A stretch of DNA of 16,073 nt from a virus (IMGVR_UViG_2667527592_000011:1-16073); one strand, 5' to 3'. Shown: positions 1 to 7,852, counted from the stretch's first letter. Made by a program: numbers and translations. The notes: generated by a model from the letters alone, not told the origin.

Positions 1-462
1 ATGCTGGGTGATTGTTTCCCTCCTGATTTTAAGGCTAATTTTAGTCGTGAAAGAGGTATATCACCCGGTGATGTATTGTATCTTCATTGTGATTTTACGA
101 CCCCACCTAAAGTAAAATATATGGTGGTTGTTTGCTGTGAACCTCTTTTAGTTCTTCTAATAAATTCAGATATAAATGAATTTATTAAGAGAAACAATGA
201 TCTTATGGCTTGTCAGGTCGAAATTAATAGAGAAGACCATGATTTTCTTAAATGGGACTCATTTGTTAATTGCATTGAGGCTCATGCTGCTTTCGATCTT
301 GAAATTATTAAAGAGAAAATAGCCATCCAATATGGTGACGTGCTAAAAGGTCGCATTACAGATCATTGTATGAGACAAGTTCGATGTGCAGTTGAGATAT
401 CTAAAACTATGGTTAAACGGCATAAAAAACTGATACTCGCTGCTCTTCAACATTATGAATAA
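1..462 (+). CDS. Hypothetical protein, AT-rich cargo gene (153 aa); may be 5'-truncated by the window edge
   Basis: ORF from ATG at position 1 to TAA at 460-462. Visibly AT-rich (about 35% GC by eye) against roughly 50% GC in neighbouring phage genes. Convergent with the leftward early operon and followed by a hairpin terminator. No family recognised; the N-terminal stretch RERGISPGDVLYLHCDF...KYMVVV only weakly recalls Kid/PemK/MazF-type N-termini (unverified). Confidence 0.5.
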   Translation: MLGDCFPPDFKANFSRERGISPGDVLYLHCDFTTPPKVKYMVVVCCEPLLVLLINSDINEFIKRNNDLMACQVEINREDHDFLKWDSFVNCIEAHAAFDLEIIKEKIAIQYGDVLKGRITDHCMRQVRCAVEISKTMVKRHKKLILAALQHYE

Positions 463-485
463 ACCCATCTTTGGATGGGTTTATT
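461..485. terminator. Bidirectional rho-independent-like terminator between convergent genes
   Basis: Perfect hairpin AAACCCATC (461-469) / GATGGGTTT (474-482) with a 4-nt loop, flanked by A/T-rich sequence on both sides; sits between the stop of the + strand gene and the stop of the - strand gene at 496. Confidence 0.5.
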
Positions 486-495
486 CATATTCTAT

Positions 496-768
496 TTAAA
501 TGAGCCTTTGTTTATGGGTTCTGACCCTTTCCCACTCAGCACGCCCTTCTTCTCGCCTTTTGTCTATGTATTCCGCAAGATCCTGAATATTGATGCAACG
601 TTTTGCTTTTTGTGATGTGCCGATGCGATATGTTGGAACGGGCAACTTACAAGCATTTGCTTTTGCCTCTGCCGTGGCTGGACTCATACCAAAGTACTTT
701 TGGCTAACTGCTGAGAGTTCAATGTTTGGGGTATTGAATTCAGCCATCAGTAAAAACAAGGTGTTCAT
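496..768 (-). CDS. Excisionase-like / PrtN-family DNA-binding protein (about 90 aa)
   Basis: Likely start is ATG at 768-766, preceded on the - strand by GGAG with a 6-nt spacer; the ORF track's longer form starts at a GTG at 795. Small basic protein (MNTLFLLMAEF...LPVPTYRIG...DLAEYIDKRR) at the distal end of the early-left operon, the usual xis position. Family assignment is from memory of PrtN/excisionase-like proteins. Confidence 0.5.
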   Translation of the reverse strand: MNTLFLLMAEFNTPNIELSAVSQKYFGMSPATAEAKANACKLPVPTYRIGTSQKAKRCINIQDLAEYIDKRREEGRAEWERVRTHKQRLI

Positions 769-804
769 AATTTTCTCCATCAAAACCGGCTGCACCCGGG
801 AAAA

Positions 805-1377
805 TCATAATTCTGTGCTGGTGGCAGGAATTAATTTCTGCCAGATAGCGGAAACATATTTTGCCTGATGACGGGCATCAGCCAGGGCGTTGTGCCGTTC
901 GCCATCGAAAGGCATGTCCATTTTGGGGTCGAATCCGATGGAACGCCCAAGCGTAACGATCGTGCGTACATCGTGGTCATTCCAGTATGCCCACGGGCAG
1001 ATTTGTCCTGCTCGCTCATAAGCTCCACGTAAAATTACGTTGTCGAAGGTGGCTCCGTTACCCCAGACTTTTAAATATTTCGTATTGTCTGCGTGCCGGT
1101 TAATGAAATGATTTAGTTCTGAGAGAGCATCGCTGATCGACAAAGTATCATCAATACAGATTGCAGCTCGTGCTTCAGGGCTTTGTTTCAACCACCACAG
1201 GATGGTATCGCCGTCAGGTGTAGCTCCTTGCACCATAGCACTTTCCAGGCTAACAACCGTATAGAATTCTTGTCCGATGTCTCCGGTTTCTGGAGTGAAG
1301 AACACCGCGCCAATGGAAACGATCGGTGCATCCTTATTTTTCCCCATCGTCTCAAGGTCGATCATTAAGTTGTTCAT
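805..1377 (-). CDS. DEDDh-family 3'-5' exonuclease (DnaQ-like, phage type)
   Basis: Exo I motif MIDLETMG (D-x-E) near the N-terminus and Exo III motif HNALADARH near the C-terminus. Start ATG at 1377-1375 overlaps the upstream stop (TGATG coupling). Confidence 0.75.
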   Translation of the reverse strand: MNNLMIDLETMGKNKDAPIVSIGAVFFTPETGDIGQEFYTVVSLESAMVQGATPDGDTILWWLKQSPEARAAICIDDTLSISDALSELNHFINRHADNTKYLKVWGNGATFDNVILRGAYERAGQICPWAYWNDHDVRTIVTLGRSIGFDPKMDMPFDGERHNALADARHQAKYVSAIWQKLIPATSTEL

Positions 1378-2111
1378 CACTTCACCTCCTGCGGCGGTTC
1401 CGGTAGCGGCATCCAGTGAGTTGCTTGCTCAATACCATTACCCGGCTTAATCGTTGCATCTCCGCGCCGAAAGGTGCTTCCGGTATAGCGTGCGGAGCAT
1501 ATTAGCGGTTCAACCAGAGAGCTATCGAAATTCACCGAAATAAGCACGTTCTGGCCCTTTTCAGGCATTCGATCACTACAGCTTATCCAACTATCCGGAG
1601 TTCCCGGAGAGTTGCCATTTACATCGAAGTTTGGCTCTGCGTCCTGAACCAAGAGGATGTAACCATTCTTGGCTGTATCAAGTTCTAACGCTTCGGTGAC
1701 GGTGCCGAAATAGCGATTACCTAAATCAGCATCACAAGTGCTTATATCAATGGAAACTTCCATGCCTTCGATTAATTCTGGCAAGTTGTAAGTTTGGCTT
1801 ACAGGTTGGCTACCCTGAAGCATGGCGGCGCGGTGACACCAGATAATCCAGCCAAGTGCCATATCCCATGCCATGTATTCTCTATCGCCATTTTTTGCCC
1901 TACGGCGATCTACAGATTCCCCGAAACGCTTCTCTATAAATAATTCATAGGCTGCTCGTTCATCCGATACTGCTGCCAGTGATGCCAGTGCAATTTTTAA
2001 TGCGGTAAGCATGTTGTTTTGATCTTCATCGAGTCCGAACGGTATTTCATCCCGTGCTGACTCAATGCTGGTAATCGTGTTCTGTAACCATTCTTTGGTA
2101 AGAGTATTCAT
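1377..2111 (-). CDS. Phage hypothetical protein with a DUF551-like C-terminal region
   Basis: 244-aa ORF; ATG at 2111-2109 preceded by AAGGTGA. C-terminal segment WISCSDRMPEKGQNVLI...HWMPLPEPP resembles the DUF551 signature (from memory). Confidence 0.55.
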   Translation of the reverse strand: MNTLTKEWLQNTITSIESARDEIPFGLDEDQNNMLTALKIALASLAAVSDERAAYELFIEKRFGESVDRRRAKNGDREYMAWDMALGWIIWCHRAAMLQGSQPVSQTYNLPELIEGMEVSIDISTCDADLGNRYFGTVTEALELDTAKNGYILLVQDAEPNFDVNGNSPGTPDSWISCSDRMPEKGQNVLISVNFDSSLVEPLICSARYTGSTFRRGDATIKPGNGIEQATHWMPLPEPPQEVK

Positions 2112-2113
2112 AA

Positions 2114-2305
2114 CTATTTCACCTTAATCTCAACATTTCGCAGCTTTAGCTCTACTGGCAAGTCTGACTTTCCTGTTAATGCTAATGCGAGATTTTCAGG
2201 AGTAATGAGAGCAGTTATTGTTTTCCCCATCGCCAGACGAATAATCATTCGTATCTCGCGATCGTCACATGCTCCCGGTCGAACAATTGATATTTGTCCG
2301 TTCAT
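2114..2305 (-). CDS. Small hypothetical protein (63 aa)
   Basis: ATG at 2305-2303 preceded by AGGAG; stop 2 nt before the next start; fits the tight coupling of the operon. The ORF-track version (2114-2386) extends upstream in the same frame without a ribosome-binding site. Confidence 0.4.
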   Translation of the reverse strand: MNGQISIVRPGACDDREIRMIIRLAMGKTITALITPENLALALTGKSDLPVELKLRNVEIKVK

Positions 2306-2306
2306 C

Positions 2307-2906
2307 TCACTCTCCTTTGATGCGAATGCCTGCGGCGCGTGGCACATTAACTTCCACGATGCGCACATTTGGTTTGTACATCTCAATCGCTGTCAGCCAG
2401 TCAGCGCCGGTCATATGCTTTTCTGCATCGCCATTAGTCCATTGAACCGGCACACCAATAGCTTTCATCGCAATTTCTATTTCCCCGGCAATGGCGCTTT
2501 TCCCGCAACCAGTAAAACCAGAGACAACGACAAGAACTTCGCCTTTGGCTGGTTTTATTTCCCGTGCTTCCAGTTCAGCAATACGCTTACTCCCATCCGA
2601 GATAACACCTTCGTAATACTCACGCTGCTCGTTGAGTTTTGATTTTGCTGCCTCCAGTTCGTCCAGTAGTGCAATCACATCAGGGTCACTGTCATCAACT
2701 ACTGTTACGCGTGATTTTTCATAATGCTCGTCGGCAAGTGTGCGACCAATTTTGAAATCTCCATCACCACCATAACTGGAGCAGGCATAAGTGACATGTG
2801 CTCCAGATATACGCTGTATTGACATTTCCTCGCCACAAACAGAGCATTCAGGTACTGGCTTAGGTGAATAACGTTCCCGTAGCGCCTGATAATCAATCTC
2901 GCTCAC
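2307..2906 (-). CDS. Hypothetical protein with an N-terminal Cys-rich (zinc-ribbon-like) segment and a C-terminal Walker-A-like motif
   Basis: GTG start at 2906-2904 overlaps the upstream TGA (GTGA) and is preceded by AAGGAGG. Residues CSVCGEE...YACSS and GFTGCGKS (G-x4-GKS). Possibly Ea22-like, unverified. Confidence 0.55.
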   Translation of the reverse strand: MSEIDYQALRERYSPKPVPECSVCGEEMSIQRISGAHVTYACSSYGGDGDFKIGRTLADEHYEKSRVTVVDDSDPDVIALLDELEAAKSKLNEQREYYEGVISDGSKRIAELEAREIKPAKGEVLVVVSGFTGCGKSAIAGEIEIAMKAIGVPVQWTNGDAEKHMTGADWLTAIEMYKPNVRIVEVNVPRAAGIRIKGE

Positions 2907-3388
2907 TGGTTGCCCTCCTTCATAAAAATAATCCAGTGGGTCTTGTCACCCTTTCCTGTTCGTTGACCGATAACAGGCTTTCTGTCGGTCAGTGCCAATA
3001 TCTGGCGAACAGGTATTTGCGTTTCATTCCATTTAAAAATCAGAACGCCGTATGGCCACAACACACGAAAGGCTTCTTTGAATCCTTGCCGTAAATCATC
3101 ACGCCGGGTATCTTTATTCAGCCGTCCATATTTCTTTCCCATCCAGGCGTTATCACCAACACGCTCAAGATGCGGAGGGTCGAATACAACCATCGAAAAG
3201 GATGCGTCTGCAAATGGTAGTGCACGAAAATCAGCTATCAGGTCAGGACTGATAATCAGGCGTCGTCCATCACACAATGTGTGCTCTTCCTTTCTGATAT
3301 CGCTAAATATCGCCCGGTCGTCATTCTTATCGAACCAGAACATGCGACTGCCACAGCACATGTCGAGGATTGCTGCATGTCCAGTCAC
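2903..3388 (-). CDS. Small putative DNA methyltransferase (YfdM-like)
   Basis: AdoMet-binding-like motif ILDMCCGS and catalytic-type motif VVFDPPH (DPP[YFH]). Preferred start is GTG at 3388-3386, preceded by AAGGAGG with a 7-nt spacer and overlapping the upstream TGA; an alternative ATG lies at 3421. Confidence 0.6.
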   Translation of the reverse strand: MTGHAAILDMCCGSRMFWFDKNDDRAIFSDIRKEEHTLCDGRRLIISPDLIADFRALPFADASFSMVVFDPPHLERVGDNAWMGKKYGRLNKDTRRDDLRQGFKEAFRVLWPYGVLIFKWNETQIPVRQILALTDRKPVIGQRTGKGDKTHWIIFMKEGNQ

Positions 3389-3927
3389 TGGCTGCCTCCT
3401 TTGCGAAGCCGTTCCGCCCATTCTTCAAGGGATTTCTCTGCATATTCACCGGACAGGCCATCAATCGGGTGCGGTTCATTAGCCAACTCTTCTTTCGCTG
3501 ACAGAATCATGCGCGTAACGTCGAAAACTTCACGTAAAGACTTATTGATAAATCCGTGGTTGAAAGCAGCAGCAAGACGGCTTGCGGTATAGTTAATCCC
3601 CTCGTTGCGCGCCTCCGCACGTATTTCAGCCAGGAAAGCGTCGGTGGCTGGCATATTTCCTGTTGCCTTCATGGCCTCCAAAATAACCAGAACGCCATCT
3701 CGCCCAACCTCCTCAGCGATAACCTCGGTGTTGTCGCCAACAACATCGCAGAATGCCTGAACCGCCTTACGAGCCAGTTCATTCTCCGCCGCAAGCGCCG
3801 AAATCTTAGCCTCCGCTTCAGCAAATTTACGCACCAGATACTCAGCATTTGTTTCATTCACTTTCAGATCTCGCGGTACACATTTCCCGCGAAGAAACCC
3901 TTCCATTTCGAAAACATTCATGCGCAT
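3385..3927 (-). CDS. Phage hypothetical protein (180 aa)
   Basis: ATG at 3927-3925 preceded by GGAG; translationally coupled on both sides; Ala/Glu-rich central segment suggests a coiled coil. No family recognised. Confidence 0.55.
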   Translation of the reverse strand: MRMNVFEMEGFLRGKCVPRDLKVNETNAEYLVRKFAEAEAKISALAAENELARKAVQAFCDVVGDNTEVIAEEVGRDGVLVILEAMKATGNMPATDAFLAEIRAEARNEGINYTASRLAAAFNHGFINKSLREVFDVTRMILSAKEELANEPHPIDGLSGEYAEKSLEEWAERLRKGGSQ

Positions 3928-4454
3928 TTGCGTAACTCCGATAACTCGTTAAAACGTTCCATAAACATCCCATAGGCATGGACTGGCGACAGTGGAATAA
4001 CTTTGAACATCTCTGTTGCCGGGATACCTTCCAGAACAGGCCAGAAAGAGCCATCATCAAGCCCGAGATCACGGCGTTCGGTTGCCAGCATAATGAGATC
4101 GGCATATTTCACTGGCGTGCTCATAACAGGAGGTAACCCGTATTTCTCACGGATTACGGCGTCTATTTTTTCTTCCATCCGTTTATAGTCAGGAAGAAGT
4201 CGTTTCAGTGGCGCGGGGATGTCCTGGCAATATGCTTCTGTTGCATCATGCATTAACGCTTCAAAAGCAAATTCCTGCGGCACCAGCTGGCTGCAAAGCA
4301 CCGCATGCTGGGCGACACTGTAGAAGTGTGAAAGATGTCCTGCAAAGCGACAGATATTTGAAAGGGAAACTGCGATATCGTTAATCACGATGTCGTCTTT
4401 ATTTATCTTGTCATAATAAAAATGCTTCCCGGAAAAAGTTTTAATAAATGACAT
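3918..4454 (-). CDS. HD-domain phosphohydrolase (YfdR-like 5'-deoxynucleotidase family), 178 aa
   Basis: HD signature: H in SVAQHAVLCSQL and HD in ALMHDATEAY. Preferred start ATG at 4454-4452 with GGAG 6 nt upstream; the ORF track's GTG at 4466 is less likely. Length matches YfdR of CPS-53 (from memory). Confidence 0.7.
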   Translation of the reverse strand: MSFIKTFSGKHFYYDKINKDDIVINDIAVSLSNICRFAGHLSHFYSVAQHAVLCSQLVPQEFAFEALMHDATEAYCQDIPAPLKRLLPDYKRMEEKIDAVIREKYGLPPVMSTPVKYADLIMLATERRDLGLDDGSFWPVLEGIPATEMFKVIPLSPVHAYGMFMERFNELSELRKCA

Positions 4455-4548
4455 TTCGTTCTCCACTTTATATGCGCTGCACCGCGCTGAATTCTGCTAA
4501 AAGGAAGCTCTCACCATCCGGTGATTATTGAGTTAATTACGTTTCCAT

Positions 4549-4570
4549 AAATGCCCCCGCAGGGGCATTT
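4549..4570 (-). promoter_or_regulatory. Intercistronic stem-loop just after the YfdQ-like stop (possible attenuator or RNA-stability element)
   Basis: Perfect 9-bp stem AAATGCCCC / GGGGCATTT with a 4-nt loop, 13 nt downstream of the stop at 4583-4585; only a short U-tract follows on the - strand transcript, so it is not a canonical terminator. Confidence 0.3.
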
Positions 4571-4582
4571 GCAGTAATGAAA

Positions 4583-5407
4583 TCAGGCGGTGAAAGTACC
4601 AATAAAGGTTTCTACTTTGCTGTCTTTGAATTTCTCAACAAGCAGATCACGAAATTCGTTAGCCATTTCTTCCTGCATCGCTTCCAGCTGAATAATGCGA
4701 AGAACCAGTACAGGACGATCGCCAGTGATAATGCTGAGGCGTAATTTAAACGGACGTTCTTTCAGGCCTTCAAACGGAACGCATTTAAATTCAAATGCCA
4801 CTGGCATAATGTCTTTGGTTTTCGCTTCGACAGACTCCATCAGAGAGCGTTTGCCGCTGAAGTCATTGTCTTCAAAATCAGCGGTCTGGTTTGCTTCAAT
4901 TGTGATTTTACGGACTGCCGCAGCCGCTTTGGTTGCCTGAATGGTGTCACCATTAGCATCAAAGCCCACAAGGTAGTCGGCCCAGTCTTCAATCCATTCT
5001 GCCAGTGACTTCTGGGAGTTACGCTCGCCATTAACAGACAACAGAGCAGAAAACGGTGCTGTCTTTTTCAGTTTGAGGGTGGCGGTGTTATCTGCGTGAC
5101 CTGGTTCATCAATAGTACCCAGGTTAAGCACACTGACGGCACGCATATTATCGGCATCGATAAAGCAGCGGGTGCCTTCATCTGCAAGATCTTTAGAATA
5201 ACGGGTAAAGTCATCGATGCTGGCAGTGGAAAGCGCACCACGGAAACGGAAGCGATTTAAATTAAATTTTTCCAGATCATGAATGCGGAAATTCTCAGGC
5301 AATGCCACTGCATCGGCACCAATCTTACTGATAATTTCATTAACACCCTGAGCAGAAATAAGGGCATGGATTTGATTAATTGCGGTTGCGTCTAAGTTCT
5401 GAGACAT
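4583..5407 (-). CDS. YfdQ-like protein (DUF2303 family), 274 aa
   Basis: ATG at 5407-5405 preceded by GAGGA; length and position next to YfdR-like and YfdP-like genes match CPS-53-type prophage order (from memory). Confidence 0.6.
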   Translation of the reverse strand: MSQNLDATAINQIHALISAQGVNEIISKIGADAVALPENFRIHDLEKFNLNRFRFRGALSTASIDDFTRYSKDLADEGTRCFIDADNMRAVSVLNLGTIDEPGHADNTATLKLKKTAPFSALLSVNGERNSQKSLAEWIEDWADYLVGFDANGDTIQATKAAAAVRKITIEANQTADFEDNDFSGKRSLMESVEAKTKDIMPVAFEFKCVPFEGLKERPFKLRLSIITGDRPVLVLRIIQLEAMQEEMANEFRDLLVEKFKDSKVETFIGTFTA

Positions 5408-5472
5408 AATAAGTCCTCACTATATAAAGATATTCAGTGATGAGATAAATAATCAGTTTATTAATAACGATA

Positions 5473-5835
5473 TTAATGACCTGCTGCGCGTAGTTTTCCG
5501 TCAGGCTCACCGGCAAGAGTCAGTAATTGTCCCTGGTCTTCCTGCAGAATAGTCAGGCGACCACCGCGATTGACATACATCGGCGTTTCGGTGGTGTCTT
5601 CTTCGGAAATTTTCCCGCGGTTAGTCGGGCGAACATATGAGAGTTTGTGTTTGATTTTCACACGGTTCTCATCAAATGGTTCGATTTCCAGGTTGAGTGA
5701 GACCTTACCTTTGGTTTTCGTGTTCATCACACCGGAAGCGACTTCACTGAGAACTGCGCCGATTTTGGTTTCAAATACGCCGCCGTCCAGCTCCCCGATA
5801 AATGCCTGCACATCAGTACTGCGTTCGCTAGCCAT
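5473..5835 (-). CDS. YfdP-like hypothetical protein (120 aa), first gene of the leftward operon
   Basis: ATG at 5835-5833 preceded by AGGAG with an 8-nt spacer. The ORF-track version (5473-6021) extends upstream without a ribosome-binding site and is Cys/Arg-rich, so the shorter form is preferred. Confidence 0.55.
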   Translation of the reverse strand: MASERSTDVQAFIGELDGGVFETKIGAVLSEVASGVMNTKTKGKVSLNLEIEPFDENRVKIKHKLSYVRPTNRGKISEEDTTETPMYVNRGGRLTILQEDQGQLLTLAGEPDGKLRAAGH

Positions 5836-5884
5836 TTTGCTGCTCCTCATCATATCGACCCTGCAAGGTCGGTTGGTTTCTCCA

Positions 5885-5982
5885 CAAAACAGAGAAGAAC
5901 ACTTGCGGTGGCAGCCGCCCGGATGGATTGGGTTATCAGCTCGTCGTCCGGTGATGCTCTTCTCTGTTTTGTAAAAAGAGCG
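5885..5982 (-). promoter_or_regulatory. boxA-like motif followed by a long imperfect hairpin in the PL leader (candidate antitermination or termination RNA element)
   Basis: On the - strand transcript: CGCTCTTTTTA (reverse complement of 5972-5982), resembling lambda/rrn boxA, immediately followed by a 14-bp stem CAAAACAGAGAAGA / TCTTCTCTGTTTTG (5885-5898 with 5958-5971) enclosing a 59-nt loop with internal GCGG/CCGC and CCGGA/TCCGG pairings. Confidence 0.3.
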
Positions 5983-6176
5983 GTACCAGCCGGAAGCAAG
6001 TGTACAAACTGGTACCGCCAAAGCAGTGGCTGTTGTGGTGACCGGTGCTGATCTCCGGCATGCGGTTATTTCAGACTCTCACGGGCATTTAATTGCCCCG
6101 CCGAACAGCTCTTTTCCGCAATAGCTGCAATGTCTTTCGCGCATCAGCCTGCGCATTCACCACAACTCTAAAAACA

Positions 6177-6230
6177 AATGTAGGATATCCAACATGTGGG
6201 TGTCAAGAGTTTATGTTGGTTATCCTACAT
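6177..6230 (-). promoter_or_regulatory. OL/PL: leftward early promoter with overlapping operators
   Basis: On the - strand: TTGACA (reverse complement of 6201-6206), 17-nt spacer, CTACAT (reverse complement of 6178-6183). 18-bp operator ATGTAGGATATCCAACAT (6178-6195) overlaps the -10; a second copy ATGTTGGTTATCCTACAT lies at 6213-6230. Confidence 0.55.
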
Positions 6231-6246
6231 AAAAAGATAGGCTCAT

Positions 6247-6273
6247 AAAAAAAACCGGGGATACCCCGGTTTT
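6247..6273 (-). terminator. Rho-independent terminator downstream of the repressor gene
   Basis: CCGGGG-ata-CCCCGG hairpin (6255-6269) flanked by an A8 run (6247-6254) and a T4 run (6270-6273); on the - strand the stem is followed by nine U residues, about 20 nt after the cI-like stop. Confidence 0.6.
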
Positions 6274-6293
6274 GCGATAGTGAGGAAGATGTG

Positions 6294-6947
6294 TCAAAAA
6301 TCCATTATTACTTGTTTGACAAGACCAACTATTCTGCAGTTCTCACCGCATTCAATAGTTTTATAGTTAGGATTTAGTGGGACGAGATACCTGTTCGGCC
6401 AGTCCTCAACAAATTTTTTGAGTGTCGCTTCTTGCCCACCATTGATATGGGCAACAACGATTTTTCCGTTAATACACTCTGTATCAATAATATCTGGCTC
6501 TACGATAACGATAGAACCTTCTGGTATCGATGGTGAGCCGAGGGGATTGGTCATTGAATCACCACGGACCCGTAGTGCAAATGCCATTTCTGATACAAGG
6601 GCGGTAGTATAAACCCACTCTTCAGCATCTTCTTTCCTGACACCAGGCTCCGTCATTGTCCATGAACCCGCCTGAACCCACGAGATAAGGGGGACTTTTT
6701 TAACTGCGAATATTTCAGGTTTTAGATTTATCTTTGGTTCAGGCGAGCCTTTTCCGCTAACAAGCCACAGAGGATCGCATTTAAGTGCGTTGGCTAGGGC
6801 TTGAAGGTTGGCTCCATTTGGTTGGTAGTCGTCCTTTTCCCATCCAGTAACCGTGACGCGGTTCACACCAGTCAAATCAGCCAGTGCTTGTTGTGTCAGG
6901 TTCAGTTCTTTTCGCCTTTGGCGAATACGATCACTCATGTTCATCAT
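6294..6947 (-). CDS. cI: CI-like prophage repressor (HTH_XRE N-terminal domain + S24 LexA-like peptidase domain)
   Basis: N-terminal HTH (LTQQALADLTGVNRVTVTGWE); Ala-Gly cleavage-site candidate (WVQAGSW); catalytic Ser in RGDSM and Lys in ATLKKF. Divergent from a cro-like gene across the operators; no ribosome-binding site, possibly leaderless as for lambda cI from PRM. Confidence 0.85.
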   Translation of the reverse strand: MMNMSDRIRQRRKELNLTQQALADLTGVNRVTVTGWEKDDYQPNGANLQALANALKCDPLWLVSGKGSPEPKINLKPEIFAVKKVPLISWVQAGSWTMTEPGVRKEDAEEWVYTTALVSEMAFALRVRGDSMTNPLGSPSIPEGSIVIVEPDIIDTECINGKIVVAHINGGQEATLKKFVEDWPNRYLVPLNPNYKTIECGENCRIVGLVKQVIMDF

Positions 6948-7011
6948 GTAGGCAATCCTACCACATGCCCATGTAGGATTCTTGACATTGGTATGTTGGA
7001 TATCCTACATT
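6946..7011 (+). promoter_or_regulatory. OR/PR: rightward early promoter with three operator-like sites
   Basis: TTGACA (6982-6987), 17-nt spacer, CTACAT (7005-7010). Operators: ATGTTGGATATCCTACAT (6993-7010, over the -10), ATGTAGGATTCTTGACAT (6971-6988, over the -35) and a degenerate site ATGTAGGCAATCCTACCACAT (6946-6966) overlapping the cI start codon; spacing about 21-22 bp. Confidence 0.6.
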
Positions 7012-7042
7012 TCTGCTTAACGTAATTTAACGGGAGGCAGAA

Positions 7043-7240
7043 ATGCGGAAATCCGACGTGATTAATTATTTCGGCGGAGTTTGTAAAACCGCCGAAGCCC
7101 TAGGTATTAAGCATCCGTCTGTTTCAGAGTGGCCTGAGATTATTCCTGAAGGCCGAGCGTACCAGTTAGAAAAAATTACTAACGGGAAACTGAAAGTTGA
7201 CGTGTCTTTATATCAAAAGACTAACAGTGCTGCGGCATAA
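7043..7240 (+). CDS. cro: Cro-like repressor (P22 Cro family)
   Basis: 65 aa; GGGAGG 5 nt upstream of the ATG. MRKSDVINYFGG...ALGI...SVSEWPEIIPEGRAYQLEKITNGKLKV closely parallels P22 Cro (MYKKDVIDHFG...ALGISDAAVSQWKEVIPEKDAYRLEIVTAGALK, from memory). Divergent from the cI-like gene. Confidence 0.8.
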   Translation: MRKSDVINYFGGVCKTAEALGIKHPSVSEWPEIIPEGRAYQLEKITNGKLKVDVSLYQKTNSAAA

Positions 7241-7267
7241 AAACACCACAGAAATGAGGAATTAACC

Positions 7268-7852
7268 GTGGGTAAAGAACCTGAATGGAAAGTTGATAAA
7301 CAGCCAGCATGGCTGGTGGCAGCAATACGAAGAACGATTGCTGATTTACCTCATGGTTATGAGGAAGCAGCAGAAATTCTTGGTTTGTATAAATCTGATG
7401 ATATCACCCCAGCAAAAGATCAATTGCATAACAGACTGCGTAGCGGTGGGGATCAAATTTTTCCACTTGAGTGGGCCATGGTTTTACAGGATGCCAGTGG
7501 TACCAGGCATGTAACGGATGCAATAGCCCGTCGTAGTAATGGGGTGTTTGTGCCGCTGGTGGTCATTGATGACATTGACAATGGTGACATTAATCAGCGG
7601 CTGATGGAGTCAATAGAATGGATTGGCAAGCATTCCCAGTACTTACGCAAGGCAACTGCTGATGGAGTTATTGACCAGGCTGAGCGTGAGCAAATCGAAG
7701 AGAACAGCTACCAAGTAATGGCGAAGTGGCAGGAGCATTTAACACTGTTATTTCGTGTTTTTTGTGCGCCGGAAAAGAGTAACGCCCGCGAGTGTGCAGC
7801 TCCGGGCGTCGTGGCGTCGATTGCTTCTGGTTGTGGAGAAACTAACGCATGA
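7268..7852 (+). CDS. Hypothetical regulator at the cII position (possibly YmfL/CII-like)
   Basis: GTG start at 7268 preceded by GAGGA; 194-aa ORF immediately after cro. Family is inferred from position and recollection only; the C-terminal 35 residues are Cys/Ala-rich and of doubtful validity. Confidence 0.45.
   Translation: MGKEPEWKVDKQPAWLVAAIRRTIADLPHGYEEAAEILGLYKSDDITPAKDQLHNRLRSGGDQIFPLEWAMVLQDASGTRHVTDAIARRSNGVFVPLVVIDDIDNGDINQRLMESIEWIGKHSQYLRKATADGVIDQAEREQIEENSYQVMAKWQEHLTLLFRVFCAPEKSNARECAAPGVVASIASGCGETNA

Noticed and set aside
590-868. ORF on the + strand (92 aa) overlapping the excisionase-like and exonuclease genes
   Set aside because: Antisense to two well-supported, coupled genes on the - strand; no ribosome-binding site; typical shadow ORF.
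2205-2642. ORF on the + strand (145 aa) opposite the 2307-2906 gene
   Set aside because: Antisense shadow of the coupled leftward operon; Cys/Phe/Arg-rich composition untypical of real proteins.
5570-5974. ORF on the + strand (134 aa) overlapping the YfdP-like gene and PL leader
   Set aside because: Antisense to the YfdP-like gene and running into the structured leader; Ser/Leu-rich low complexity; no ribosome-binding site.
6075-6152. Short ORF (25 aa, MRRLMRERHCSYCGKELFGGAIKCP) on the - strand in the PL leader, considered as a possible N-like antiterminator
   Set aside because: Too short, lacks an arginine-rich N-terminal motif and has only a weak ribosome-binding site; more likely non-coding leader.
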